Under the pieces are notes generated by a model. The model searched no databases, was not told the origin of the DNA, and saw nothing but the letters and a program-made list of their open reading frames with translations. The position numbers were made by a program, and so were the translations under genes. Positions 34,736 to 43,857 of a DNA stretch of 64,000 bases are shown here, one piece after another. Where the stretch lies: positions 27,634-91,633 of the IMG/VR virus record IMGVR_UViG_3300005688_000028, one strand, 5' to 3'. Source of the DNA: a virus. How positions within the stretch are numbered: the first letter of the stretch is position 1; the number at the start of each line of letters is the position of its first letter.

Positions 34736-36493
34736 TCAGGGCCTCGGGATGATCCCGCAGGGCTCGGCGTCGGGCAGGTTGTCGAAGTCGTCTCGGAGGG
34801 CCGCCATGGTCTCGGCGACCGCCCTTTCGCGCACGAGCGAATCGTGCGTCGCCTGCAAGGTCGCGATGAGGTCGGCCACGTCGGGGCGGGGCTTGTAGTC
34901 GGGCGGCATCTGCGTCAGCAGGTGGGCGACTTGGTTCATCGTGTAGACACTGCGGCCGTTCGCCACCAGCATGAGCGCGCAGAGCAGCCCGTCGTGGCGC
35001 CACCCTTCGCACCAGCGCGCGAGGTTCTTGTTCAGCTTCGCTGCCTGAAGCTCCGGCGTGAACTCGATGGCTTCGCCATCGACGAAGGCGCCCGCGAGCT
35101 TGATGTCGTCCAGGGTGTCGCCGAAGCTCAGCACCACCTCGACCTGCGGCGTCATGGCCTTGGGCGTGAGTCGGAATCGCTCATAGCTCATCCAGAAGAC
35201 GTACCGGCTGCCCGAGTGCATCATGGGGCCGTCTTCGATGAGGGAGACGAGCGCCTTGGTGAAGGCGGCCTTGTCGTTGCGGTCGACGTTGGCGAACGTG
35301 TGGTTCGTGTAGGGCACGGGCTTGTCCTTGCACGGGATGTCGTCGACCCTCGCGGCCTGATACGTCGCGCGGCTCAGCCCCTCCGGCTGCCCGGGCTTCT
35401 TCGTCCGCTCGAGCAGCGCCTGCGCCTCGTCGAGCCTTTTCGCCACGCCCAGGCATATGTCCACATGGTAGATAACGCCTTGCTCATCGCGCGCAAACTC
35501 GACATCGGAGAATGCCAGCTCCACCCCGAACTGCTGGGCGACCGCCCACAAGCCGGAGAAGACGTTGTCTCGCAGCGCGAGACGAAGCTCAGAGGTGAGC
35601 GGCATCCCGGTAAACTGGCGGGCCTCCCACGTCGCCCTCTCTTCCATCATCACGCGCCAGGGCCTCAGCTCGGGCTTGGGAGGCTCGACCTTGTCGGCCG
35701 GCCATATGTCGGGGAACCTCTCGCGCCCCAACTTCCCCGGCGTGCGGTTCCACACCTCGCGCGTGACGCCAGCCGGCCTCCGGCTCTCGGCCTCGCGCTC
35801 GTTCATGGCATGGGCAACTTTGCCGGGGACGATGATGCGCAGCTCGCCGGGGCGGATCTCCGTCTGAACATCGCGGTCCGACTGCCCATGCGCATCGAAG
35901 AAGCCGAGTATGGCGACGCCGACGGCGATGAGGTCGGGCAGCTTGGCCTCGGCGGTGCGACGAAGTTCCTGGCGCCACTGGAAGCTCATATTGTACTCAT
36001 GCCCGCTCTCGTTCACGATGCGGACCTTGGGCGTTGTCGGCGCCTGCGCGACCGGCTCCATCGGCGAGAACTTCACGGGCGGGTCCGCCGGCAGATTCGA
36101 CACCTGCCAATCCCCATCGACCCACTCCACAACGACGCACCCGGGCGCCAGCACCGGCCGCACGGGGTCGGCCTTGTAGCCGTCGAGCAGGACCACGACG
36201 TTGAAGGCGGGGCCTTTGTGCTCGGCCGCCCACTCGCCCGCATGGGCGCCATTGACGACCGCCGCGGAGCCCCTGTTGTGACGCTGGCGCGCATCGATTT
36301 CGCGCATCGTTGTGATGAAGGTCCAATGCGTGTCGCTCACGACGAGAACGTGGTCGCCCCTGGTCACCTCGAAGACGTCGGCGAGGTCGGGCGAGGCGCA
36401 TTGCATACCCCCAACCCGGCGACCCTCGCGACTCACCGTGCTCAGGTTGGTCTCTGCCTTCCCATTGATGACCAGCCGCTTCGTCCCACTCAT
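34736..36493 (-). CDS. Mosaic hypothetical protein with portal-like and sheath-C-like segments
   Basis: FANVDRNDKAAF vs portal FANYDKETWLAF; RPWR segment shared with 41474-43402. Confidence 0.7.
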   Translation of the reverse strand: MSGTKRLVINGKAETNLSTVSREGRRVGGMQCASPDLADVFEVTRGDHVLVVSDTHWTFITTMREIDARQRHNRGSAAVVNGAHAGEWAAEHKGPAFNVVVLLDGYKADPVRPVLAPGCVVVEWVDGDWQVSNLPADPPVKFSPMEPVAQAPTTPKVRIVNESGHEYNMSFQWRQELRRTAEAKLPDLIAVGVAILGFFDAHGQSDRDVQTEIRPGELRIIVPGKVAHAMNEREAESRRPAGVTREVWNRTPGKLGRERFPDIWPADKVEPPKPELRPWRVMMEERATWEARQFTGMPLTSELRLALRDNVFSGLWAVAQQFGVELAFSDVEFARDEQGVIYHVDICLGVAKRLDEAQALLERTKKPGQPEGLSRATYQAARVDDIPCKDKPVPYTNHTFANVDRNDKAAFTKALVSLIEDGPMMHSGSRYVFWMSYERFRLTPKAMTPQVEVVLSFGDTLDDIKLAGAFVDGEAIEFTPELQAAKLNKNLARWCEGWRHDGLLCALMLVANGRSVYTMNQVAHLLTQMPPDYKPRPDVADLIATLQATHDSLVRERAVAETMAALRDDFDNLPDAEPCGIIPRP

Positions 36494-36523
36494 ACCCACC
36501 TCTCGCATCGGGGTCGCCCGACC

Positions 36524-38242
36524 CTACGAAAACCGCCAAGCCTTGTCACTCTTCGGCACCTCCTCATCACGAGCCCCCTCGGGAAGCGTCCGCTTCAACA
36601 GCCCCCGCATCGCCGGGTCCACGCCATCGGCCTTCGGCGAGCTCACGTTCGCCTTCTTCACCGCGGCGACCTCCTCCTCGGTGAGCCCATAGGCCACGAG
36701 CTCGTCGTCCTCGAGCGGGTCGCCCGCCATGCCGACGGCATAGGTGAAGGTGTTGGTCGTGCGCCCGCAGACGTCGCCGATCCACGCCGCCATCGCCCGG
36801 TCGCCCGTGTGGCTCTCGGGGTCGTAGCTCCGCAGCTCCTCGAGCAGCTTCCCGATCTCGTCCGTGCCCGGCCTCAGCGCGCCCGACTCGTCCCGGTAGC
36901 TCGGCACAATGACGAGCCCTTGCGACCAGCGCGCGGCCCAGCTCTCGAAGCCCAGCTCCGCGTGGTGTTTGAGCTTCGCCGTCGTGTTCAGCGCCCGCAC
37001 CGGGACGTGGGGCGCGTCCACCGCGAGGATCTGCCGCATCCAGTCCTGTACGCCCGCGTCCTCGACGACGATGAAGGACCCGTAGCGCTCATGGTGGTCG
37101 ATGAGCTTCTGGCGCGCCTCGGCGGCCGTCCACTTGCCCGACTCCACGTTGAGGATCTGGACGCACCGAATGGGCTTGCCCTTCGCGTCCAGGCCGAAGT
37201 CCTTGAGGCCCCAATAGCTCGGAGGCCCCACAAGCAGGTCCACGAGGCCCCAGAGGTCGCTCTTCTTGCCCTTCTTGCCGCCCGCGGGGTCGAGCGCCGA
37301 CACAGTGAACACGCCCTCGGGGAGCTTTGTAGCGTCGAGCGTCACCTGCGGCACCAGCCCCTCGCCGAGCTTCATGCCGTGCTGGATGAACGCTTCGGCG
37401 AAGATGCTGTCACCCTCGCGCTTGGGGATGCACCGAAGGTCTTGGTCCTTGCGGGCTGGTGAGTAGCGGTCGCAGTCCTCTTGCGGCCAGATCACCGGGT
37501 AGAGCGTGCGGTCGAGCTCGTCGATCGCCGTCATGAGGTAGAGGTTCCATCCGAACTTCTCAGCGAGGATCCAGCCCGTATCCCAGCGCCGAAAGCAGTT
37601 CTGGACGAAGATCCGCTTGCCCCACGCCTCGACGCGGCTCTCGTTGTCCATGATGAACTCGGCCGACTTCTCGCAGAGGTAGCGAGACATCGACACGCGA
37701 GGGTCGATCATGTCGTCGAAGTAGTCGTCAACCGAGCGAAAGCCCTGGTTTCCGGGCTCAGAGCCGCACGCCCACACCGATGGCTCTTTCGGGTGGATTC
37801 CCGGCCCTCGGTCGACCGTCCATTCGCTCTCGGTCCACTTCATCGCGCTGGGTCGCAACTCCGGGTAGACCAGTGCGAGGCGGCGACTGCTTTCGATGAA
37901 GCCGCGGATCTTGAGTGTGTGCCGCGTGGCGTTGCCCTCGTCCGCGCTCCACACCTTGGCTCGGTAGCGCTTGGGGTCCTCACCCAGCTTGCACAGGGTG
38001 CGCATGTAGGTGATGAGCGTCGTCTTGCCGAGCTTGGGCGCCGCGATGATCACGGTGCGGTCGTGCTTCTCGACGAACTCCATCATCTCGCGATGGCCGT
38101 CGTAGAGCACCAGCGGCTTGCCCGTGGTCTCCGAGCGCAGGCAGAACTCGGCGGCCTTGCACACGTCTTTGCGCGCTTCGGCCGCGAGCTTCGCCTCGAG
38201 CTCGGCGAGGCGGTACGCACGTTCTTGGGCGGCACTCGACAC
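36524..38242 (-). CDS. terL: Terminase large subunit
   Basis: Walker A AAPKLGKTT, atypical Walker B DDYFDD, nuclease ALDPA, VVEDAG.Q, HTGDRAMAAW. Confidence 0.92.
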   Translation of the reverse strand: MSSAAQERAYRLAELEAKLAAEARKDVCKAAEFCLRSETTGKPLVLYDGHREMMEFVEKHDRTVIIAAPKLGKTTLITYMRTLCKLGEDPKRYRAKVWSADEGNATRHTLKIRGFIESSRRLALVYPELRPSAMKWTESEWTVDRGPGIHPKEPSVWACGSEPGNQGFRSVDDYFDDMIDPRVSMSRYLCEKSAEFIMDNESRVEAWGKRIFVQNCFRRWDTGWILAEKFGWNLYLMTAIDELDRTLYPVIWPQEDCDRYSPARKDQDLRCIPKREGDSIFAEAFIQHGMKLGEGLVPQVTLDATKLPEGVFTVSALDPAGGKKGKKSDLWGLVDLLVGPPSYWGLKDFGLDAKGKPIRCVQILNVESGKWTAAEARQKLIDHHERYGSFIVVEDAGVQDWMRQILAVDAPHVPVRALNTTAKLKHHAELGFESWAARWSQGLVIVPSYRDESGALRPGTDEIGKLLEELRSYDPESHTGDRAMAAWIGDVCGRTTNTFTYAVGMAGDPLEDDELVAYGLTEEEVAAVKKANVSSPKADGVDPAMRGLLKRTLPEGARDEEVPKSDKAWRFS

Positions 38243-38274
38243 GCGCCCATTGGGCGGGCGTCAGCCGGATGGGC

Positions 38275-38284
38275 GTGAGCTTTC
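38275..38284 (-). promoter_or_regulatory. Late promoter motif (copy 6, terL)
   Basis: GAAAGCTCAC-N20-CCCAAT-N6-GTG. Confidence 0.75.
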
Positions 38285-38288
38285 GCCG

Positions 38289-39956
38289 CTACTTCGCCCC
38301 GCCATCCTCGAACGACGTCACCGGCCCCTGCCAACCCTGCTTACGCAGCTCGCCCTCGATGTCCGGGGGCGTCCAGCCCGGCGGCTTGAGCTTCTTCCCG
38401 GTCGCGGGGTCCACGGGTCCAGAGCGCTTCGCGATGTTGGCCTTGTGGACGGCCGCCGCGATGGGCGCGCCGTTGACGCCGCACTCCTGGCGCGTGCCCT
38501 CAATGACGTAGTCGAGATCCGCGAGCGCATCCACGAAGGCTGGGAGGTTGACGTCGATGCTCGCCGGATTCTCGATGATGCGCCAGACCAGCGCGCGCGC
38601 GCGATCCATGTCCATGCGCCCACTGCCACCAGTTGCATCGCGCAGGAGCTCGAAGAACTCCTCGGCGATGAGCTTGAGGCGCAGCCTCACGGCGTCGTCG
38701 GGAGGCACACACGGGCTCGTCGGACTGGGGCGCCCGACCATGGCCTGGAACTCGCGGACCTGCTTGGCGAGGGTCGGCTGGGCCTTGACCGCCAGGTGCT
38801 CATTGAGCGCCAGAGCGATGCGCGCCGGAAGGTTCGGGTCCTTGGGGTCGACATCGGTGATGTTGCAGAGGAGCCGCCAGTCACCAACGGGACGCCGCCC
38901 ACGGTAGAGCGCCCACTGGCCTTCTGGCCCGTGCCGCTCGGCGCTGTAGGGTGCTTCCGGCAGGGCCTTGGTTGCGCTGTCGATGGCCCATGCCTCGGCC
39001 GAGCGCATGAGCGGTTGTAGGCCGCGCTCGCGAGACTCGTCCGCCCACACGCGCTTGCAGTGCTCGAACTCCTCATCGGTCAACGCGCGACGCTGCTTGA
39101 GCAGATCCATCGGGCGCGGGAGGGCCGGCCCGGGGTCGGAGGGCAGGCCCGTATCAGCATCGGGAAGCTCACGCTTCGTGAACTCGAACCCGCCCTTACC
39201 CGGCAACGCTTCGGCCACTGCGTCAAGGCCCGCCTTCGCAGCCTCCGCAATGGGCTTGACGAGCGGGTTCTTCGCCAACTCTTGGGCGACCCCGAAGGCC
39301 AGAGGCCCGTTACTCTTCATCAGGGTCACGAGGGCTTCGGGGGGTGGCCCGTTCAGAAACGTCTCCATGTCGAAGGCGTCCTCCCGCCCCTCCTCGACTG
39401 GCAACACTGCGGCCAATGCATCGAGGGTCGCCTTCGCAGCGTCGGCGATGGGCTTGAGGAAGTGGAGCTTCACCAACTCGCGAGCGGTCTTGATGTCCGG
39501 CTCCCGCTCGAACGGCACGGGGTCGCCGAGCACGTTGACCGGGCCAACAGCCGCCGCGATCTGCGTCATCGTGTCGTCGAAGCCCTTGTCTAAGGCCTCG
39601 TCCATCATCGCCGTCATGCGCTCCCGCCCCTCCTCGATGGTGTCGGGCAGCGGCTCCGCGCTCGCCACCACCCCGCCACGAAGCGTGTCACCCGCCACCT
39701 TGCGCCGATGCACGCGCAGAAGCACGAAGTAGCCGATGAGGTCCGCTACCACGTCCTCGTCGTCCTCGCCCGCGCACCGCGACCAGCGCGAGAGCTTGTC
39801 GTCGATTCGCACGCGGATCTGCTCGTCGATGGGCGCCTTGCTCGCGATCCTCAGAGGGTCTAGGCACGAATCGCCATACTTCTTGTTCTTCTCGAGCAGC
39901 ATCGCCTTGATGGCGTCGCACTCCTCACGTATCAACCTCGCCGACAACTCACTCAT
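38289..39956 (-). CDS. Nmad1/DUF1599-like domain fused to MazG-superfamily NTP pyrophosphohydrolase
   Basis: LLEKNKKYGDS..IRVRIDDKLSR..DLIGY; VREFQ..LRLKLIAEE..EL..DALADLDYV..VHKAN.AK..KPPGW.PPD. Confidence 0.8.
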   Translation of the reverse strand: MSELSARLIREECDAIKAMLLEKNKKYGDSCLDPLRIASKAPIDEQIRVRIDDKLSRWSRCAGEDDEDVVADLIGYFVLLRVHRRKVAGDTLRGGVVASAEPLPDTIEEGRERMTAMMDEALDKGFDDTMTQIAAAVGPVNVLGDPVPFEREPDIKTARELVKLHFLKPIADAAKATLDALAAVLPVEEGREDAFDMETFLNGPPPEALVTLMKSNGPLAFGVAQELAKNPLVKPIAEAAKAGLDAVAEALPGKGGFEFTKRELPDADTGLPSDPGPALPRPMDLLKQRRALTDEEFEHCKRVWADESRERGLQPLMRSAEAWAIDSATKALPEAPYSAERHGPEGQWALYRGRRPVGDWRLLCNITDVDPKDPNLPARIALALNEHLAVKAQPTLAKQVREFQAMVGRPSPTSPCVPPDDAVRLRLKLIAEEFFELLRDATGGSGRMDMDRARALVWRIIENPASIDVNLPAFVDALADLDYVIEGTRQECGVNGAPIAAAVHKANIAKRSGPVDPATGKKLKPPGWTPPDIEGELRKQGWQGPVTSFEDGGAK

Positions 39957-40663
39957 CACCCACCACCCTCCGGGCCACCCAGGCCCCACCGCCGTTCCAA
40001 CTCTTCAAGCTCCGCGTCCTCAATCGGGTCCCGCGTCGCCTCCATCTCGTCCTCGACGTCCTGCGGCTCCACCCTCACGAGCCCGCGCCGCGCGAACAGG
40101 CTCGCGAGCGCCGCCTTCTCGTCCTCGGTTGCGACGTCCAGCGCCTCTTGCGGGAACACGAAGCGCCCATTCACGACCCGCAGCTTGCGCTCCATGAGGT
40201 CGGCCGCGAGCTTCGTCATGCGGGCTTCCTGAACCTTCTTTTCGGCCTCGGCCGCCGCCGCCTTGCGACGGTGCTCCGCAATCGCCAGCGCCTCTTGCCG
40301 CCGCGCCAGAAGGTCCGCCGCGCGGTAGTCCGTCCGTGCCGCGTTCAACAACGTCACCTCGGCGACGCTCCCGCGCTCGGCCTCGGCTTGTTGCAGTTGC
40401 AGGTAGAAGTGCCGGTAGTGGTAATCGTCGTCGCCGTAGTCGGTCCGCTTGCCCCTGGCAATCCACGCCTTCACGGTGGCGATGTGGACGCCCGTGAGCT
40501 TCGCGGCCTTGTCGCGGCTCATCACCCCGCCGCGGATGCACTCGAGGAACGCTTTGCGGGCCTCCTTGTCGAACTCGCGCCAGGGCTGCAAACGCGGGCG
40601 GCCGAGCCAGTGAAACGGCTCCTCGGTCTCGTCCTCGTCGTCGCCCCCTGCCACGTTGTTCAC
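39956..40663 (-). CDS. Putative terminase small subunit
   Basis: HTH AAKLTGVHIATVKAWIARG then FY..L.QAEAE; one gene upstream of terL. Confidence 0.6.
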   Translation of the reverse strand: MNNVAGGDDEDETEEPFHWLGRPRLQPWREFDKEARKAFLECIRGGVMSRDKAAKLTGVHIATVKAWIARGKRTDYGDDDYHYRHFYLQLQQAEAERGSVAEVTLLNAARTDYRAADLLARRQEALAIAEHRRKAAAAEAEKKVQEARMTKLAADLMERKLRVVNGRFVFPQEALDVATEDEKAALASLFARRGLVRVEPQDVEDEMEATRDPIEDAELEELERRWGLGGPEGGG

Positions 40664-40887
40664 GCCTCCGCTCCCGAAGTATGCGTTGCGGATGCCGGCT
40701 TGCCCAACGCCCGCGCGTCATCCGGCACCCGCAACGCCAGCTCGCGACACGACGGGCACCTTACCCGTCGCCCCTCGACTGCCCAATCTCGCGCACGCGC
40801 CGCCTCATAGACGCAAGCGTAGCTCAACGGCGTGCCGGGCACGTTGTTGATGCGCTTGCAGTGGTGGCAGACGAGCGAGATCGTCAT
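40660..40887 (-). CDS. Small Zn-finger protein
   Basis: CHHC...W......CPSC. Confidence 0.7.
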   Translation of the reverse strand: MTISLVCHHCKRINNVPGTPLSYACVYEAARARDWAVEGRRVRCPSCRELALRVPDDARALGKPASATHTSGAEA

Positions 40888-41477
40888 TCATCACCACCCA
40901 GAGGCCAAGACTCCGAGTCGGAAAACGTCTCGTGGACGTTCGGCGGACCTACGAGCTCGATGACGTCCACCTCCTCGCGCCGCGTGCAATCGACGTAGTT
41001 GCAGGTGTTGCCGTATGGATGATCGCGGCACATCCGGGGGCGCGTCTCGTATATCTTGCAGTCGCCCGACTCGGAGTCATGGTGCTCGCATGCGTACCAC
41101 TCCAGCGGGGAGCGGAAGCGATGCCCGGCGGGGGTCAGGATCGGGAAACGGCCCAGCGGGCGCACCATCCGCGCGACGATGGCGATGTCGTCGTCGGTGT
41201 AGCGCCGCAAGTGGCTCGGCCATGGCTCACCGCGCTCCGCACCCTCAGCCGCCGACTTCAGTTCGTCAACATACTCCGGCGTGAGCGGCAGCGTGAACGC
41301 TTGGCAGCAGTGTCCCGAGCAACGTCCAACCTCGCGAGTGATGCGACGGACGCCAAGCCAGGGCGGCTTGGTGGGCCATGGGATATGGAATAGGCCGAAT
41401 GCCGATGCAAGGCCCGGGAGCTCGGTCGCATCGCCGATCGTGTCGTCGATCGCTTTGACGGAGAGGTGTGCTGTCAT
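40884..41477 (-). CDS. YkgJ-family cysteine-cluster protein
   Basis: CSGHCC...C...CKIYETRPRMCRDHP. Confidence 0.85.
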   Translation of the reverse strand: MTAHLSVKAIDDTIGDATELPGLASAFGLFHIPWPTKPPWLGVRRITREVGRCSGHCCQAFTLPLTPEYVDELKSAAEGAERGEPWPSHLRRYTDDDIAIVARMVRPLGRFPILTPAGHRFRSPLEWYACEHHDSESGDCKIYETRPRMCRDHPYGNTCNYVDCTRREEVDVIELVGPPNVHETFSDSESWPLGGDE

Positions 41478-43402
41478 TGGCGCCGTGTCTCCTTCGCGAG
41501 TCGCTTCGCCTCGTCCAGCGGCACCTCCACGAAGCGCATGTCTTCCTGCTCGAATGATTCGGGACACGTCAGGCCGCGCGTCCCCATCATGAACCGCCCC
41601 GCCAGGTGGTAGATGAGCTTCCACCATCCCAGCTCGGCCTTGAATCCCTCGAGCCCACAGACGTGCGGCTTGCACCGCTCGGCGTGGGGATGCGTGTAGT
41701 TGACGCAGCCGTCGAACTTCAACCAGCCGGTGGCCCACACCTCGGCCCCGGCCATGTCGGCCGTCGCTTCCAGTCCGCTCGTCGAGTCGATCTTACAGAC
41801 CTCGTAGGCATCGGGGAATCCGTCGGTGCCGCCATAGTGGAGCACGTTGAAGAGGGCGAAGTGAACGCTTGCGGCTCCGCCCTCGTCGTCGTCACCCCAG
41901 AGGAGCACCACCACGCCCATGTCGACGCAGGAGAACGCTTCGCGTCGCTTGCCCTCGCCCCACATCTCGGAACACCCATAGTCGCCGATATGGGCATTGC
42001 GGCGCTCGGGCGTCAGCGGGAACGGGACGGGGCTGTACTCGACGCGCTCGCGCTCCGGCACAAGGGCCTCGGCGATGTCGTGAGCGGTGATGCTATCGCC
42101 GGCCGGGAAGAGCAACACCTTCACGTCGTCCGCGTCGCCAGCGCCCGCGATGAACTTCTTGATGTCGAGCCGGAGGTTGAAGCGGTCGAGCCACCCGGCC
42201 TTGTTGGTGCGGACTGCGATGATGCGCTTGTAGCCCTCGGGCACCGGCTCCAGGTCGAGGCGCGTCACCTCGACGCCGGGCGGCGTGTTGGGCACGTCCT
42301 CGACGCGGAGGCCCCGAGCCATCACCACTTCATCGGCGTCCACGATTTCGCGCAGACGGTCGCGAGCGGCATCGCTCCATGCCTCTTCCGCCCGCGTGTC
42401 GACGGTGATGATGCGCTTGTGGTCGGGCGCCTTCGGTGGGAACTCGCAGACGCCGAGCGTTTCGCCGGGTTGCAGCATCGCGGCGGACATCCCATCGCCG
42501 ACCCTGTCGATCACGGCCCGCCTGAAGGCGCCCCACGTCTCGGCGTCCATGTTGGAATTGACCACCATGAGACGCTTGTGACCCGCTGGCAGGGGTGGGA
42601 AGTCGAGCGTGCGCACAAGCTCCACGACGGGGCTCTGCGGCTCGCGCTCGTCCTCGACCGGCTCCACCAGCCGAAGGCGAGGCTTCGCCTTCTCGTCGAG
42701 CTCGGCCACGACACGCGGGTCCATCTCGACGAAGCCCCCGAACTCGTCCTTTCCGGCCGACCAATGCACCTCGACCTCGTCCATGGCGACGGTCACACCG
42801 CGGCGCTCGACCATATCGACAAGTTTGGCCTGCGCGGCCTTGGCGACGCTGGCGAGGTTGTCCAGGGTGCCGTTCGCGACCTCGGGAGCGCCAAAGGCGC
42901 TGTCCATGATCTCGGCCATCTCTTCGCGCCAGGGGCGGAAACGGGCGGGTAGCTTCGCGGGCTCGGCCGCGTCCTCGACACGCTCGAACTTCACGACGTA
43001 GTCGGGGCTGAAGCACTTGTGCAGCGCCTCGAGCGCGACGTGTGACACCCGCGACCGCGACACGGTCGGGATGAGCTTCCCGGCGTCGTCGTAGCGGTCC
43101 GTCGTCTTCTGGATGAGTCCGCACATCGCGAACCCGAGCGGTGCCACGTTGTTCAAGGCGCGCTTGGCCTCTTGATCGTCGTTCGGACCCAGGTCGACGA
43201 AGCCCTCGCCCAGAACCACCGGCCGCCCGTCCACGACCGACTTGGACAGCTTGATGGTGCCCACCGCGCACGTCCCGGGCAGGTCCAGTGTCACCGGGAC
43301 CTCGTCGTCCCATGTCATGCCCTCGACCAGAGTCACCAGACCGCCATTCCCGCCCGGGGTCTCGTCCGTGACGATCCCGCTCACCTTCCACCTTCCCATC
43401 AT
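41474..43402 (-). CDS. Mosaic protein: inactive prohead-protease-like domain, sheath-C-like segment, three repeats (first portal-like)
   Basis: By-eye alignment to the window's own protease and portal (see findings). Confidence 0.7.
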   Translation of the reverse strand: MMGRWKVSGIVTDETPGGNGGLVTLVEGMTWDDEVPVTLDLPGTCAVGTIKLSKSVVDGRPVVLGEGFVDLGPNDDQEAKRALNNVAPLGFAMCGLIQKTTDRYDDAGKLIPTVSRSRVSHVALEALHKCFSPDYVVKFERVEDAAEPAKLPARFRPWREEMAEIMDSAFGAPEVANGTLDNLASVAKAAQAKLVDMVERRGVTVAMDEVEVHWSAGKDEFGGFVEMDPRVVAELDEKAKPRLRLVEPVEDEREPQSPVVELVRTLDFPPLPAGHKRLMVVNSNMDAETWGAFRRAVIDRVGDGMSAAMLQPGETLGVCEFPPKAPDHKRIITVDTRAEEAWSDAARDRLREIVDADEVVMARGLRVEDVPNTPPGVEVTRLDLEPVPEGYKRIIAVRTNKAGWLDRFNLRLDIKKFIAGAGDADDVKVLLFPAGDSITAHDIAEALVPERERVEYSPVPFPLTPERRNAHIGDYGCSEMWGEGKRREAFSCVDMGVVVLLWGDDDEGGAASVHFALFNVLHYGGTDGFPDAYEVCKIDSTSGLEATADMAGAEVWATGWLKFDGCVNYTHPHAERCKPHVCGLEGFKAELGWWKLIYHLAGRFMMGTRGLTCPESFEQEDMRFVEVPLDEAKRLAKETRRQ

Positions 43403-43857
43403 CCACCTCCACGGGGCGGCAGAACCGCCATTGAACGCACGTCCATCTTCGCGATGTCGCCCTGAGCGTCCCGCTCGTGGACGAGCCCGTTGACGCCCAG
43501 CTCCACAATCGGAACCTCTCGGCCGTCGCGCTTGCGCAGGGACTCCAAGAACGCGCCCTTGAGCCCATCCAGAAGCCGCACCCACTCGCGACGCAGCGCC
43601 TTCAGCGACGCCCGGCGCAGCTTGCGCGGGATGACGGCGCCGTACTGCGCCCGCAGTCTCTCATCGCGGCGCTCGACCCAAAGATCGAACGGGCTCGTGA
43701 ACGCCATCGTCTCCGCGGGGATGCTCAGTGCCGGAATGGGCGCGTTGTAAGAGCGGATGATCTCGGCCAAGGCGTCGGGCGCCGCACGAACGCCGGCCAT
43801 GAGGACGGGCTGGCCGTTGATGTAGATCCGGGCGTTGACGCCCCGATGCGTGCTCAT
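43399..43857 (-). CDS. Hypothetical protein with tail-tube-like N-terminus
   Basis: THRGVNARIYING vs tube THGVNSRLYVNG. Confidence 0.65.
   Translation of the reverse strand: MSTHRGVNARIYINGQPVLMAGVRAAPDALAEIIRSYNAPIPALSIPAETMAFTSPFDLWVERRDERLRAQYGAVIPRKLRRASLKALRREWVRLLDGLKGAFLESLRKRDGREVPIVELGVNGLVHERDAQGDIAKMDVRSMAVLPPRGGG

Noticed and set aside
18476-37462. Other long antisense ORFs (752, 522, 601, 511, 872 aa and the 5' part of 31087-32919)
   Set aside because: Opposite to genes with clear motifs and codon bias; only 32230-32919 retained
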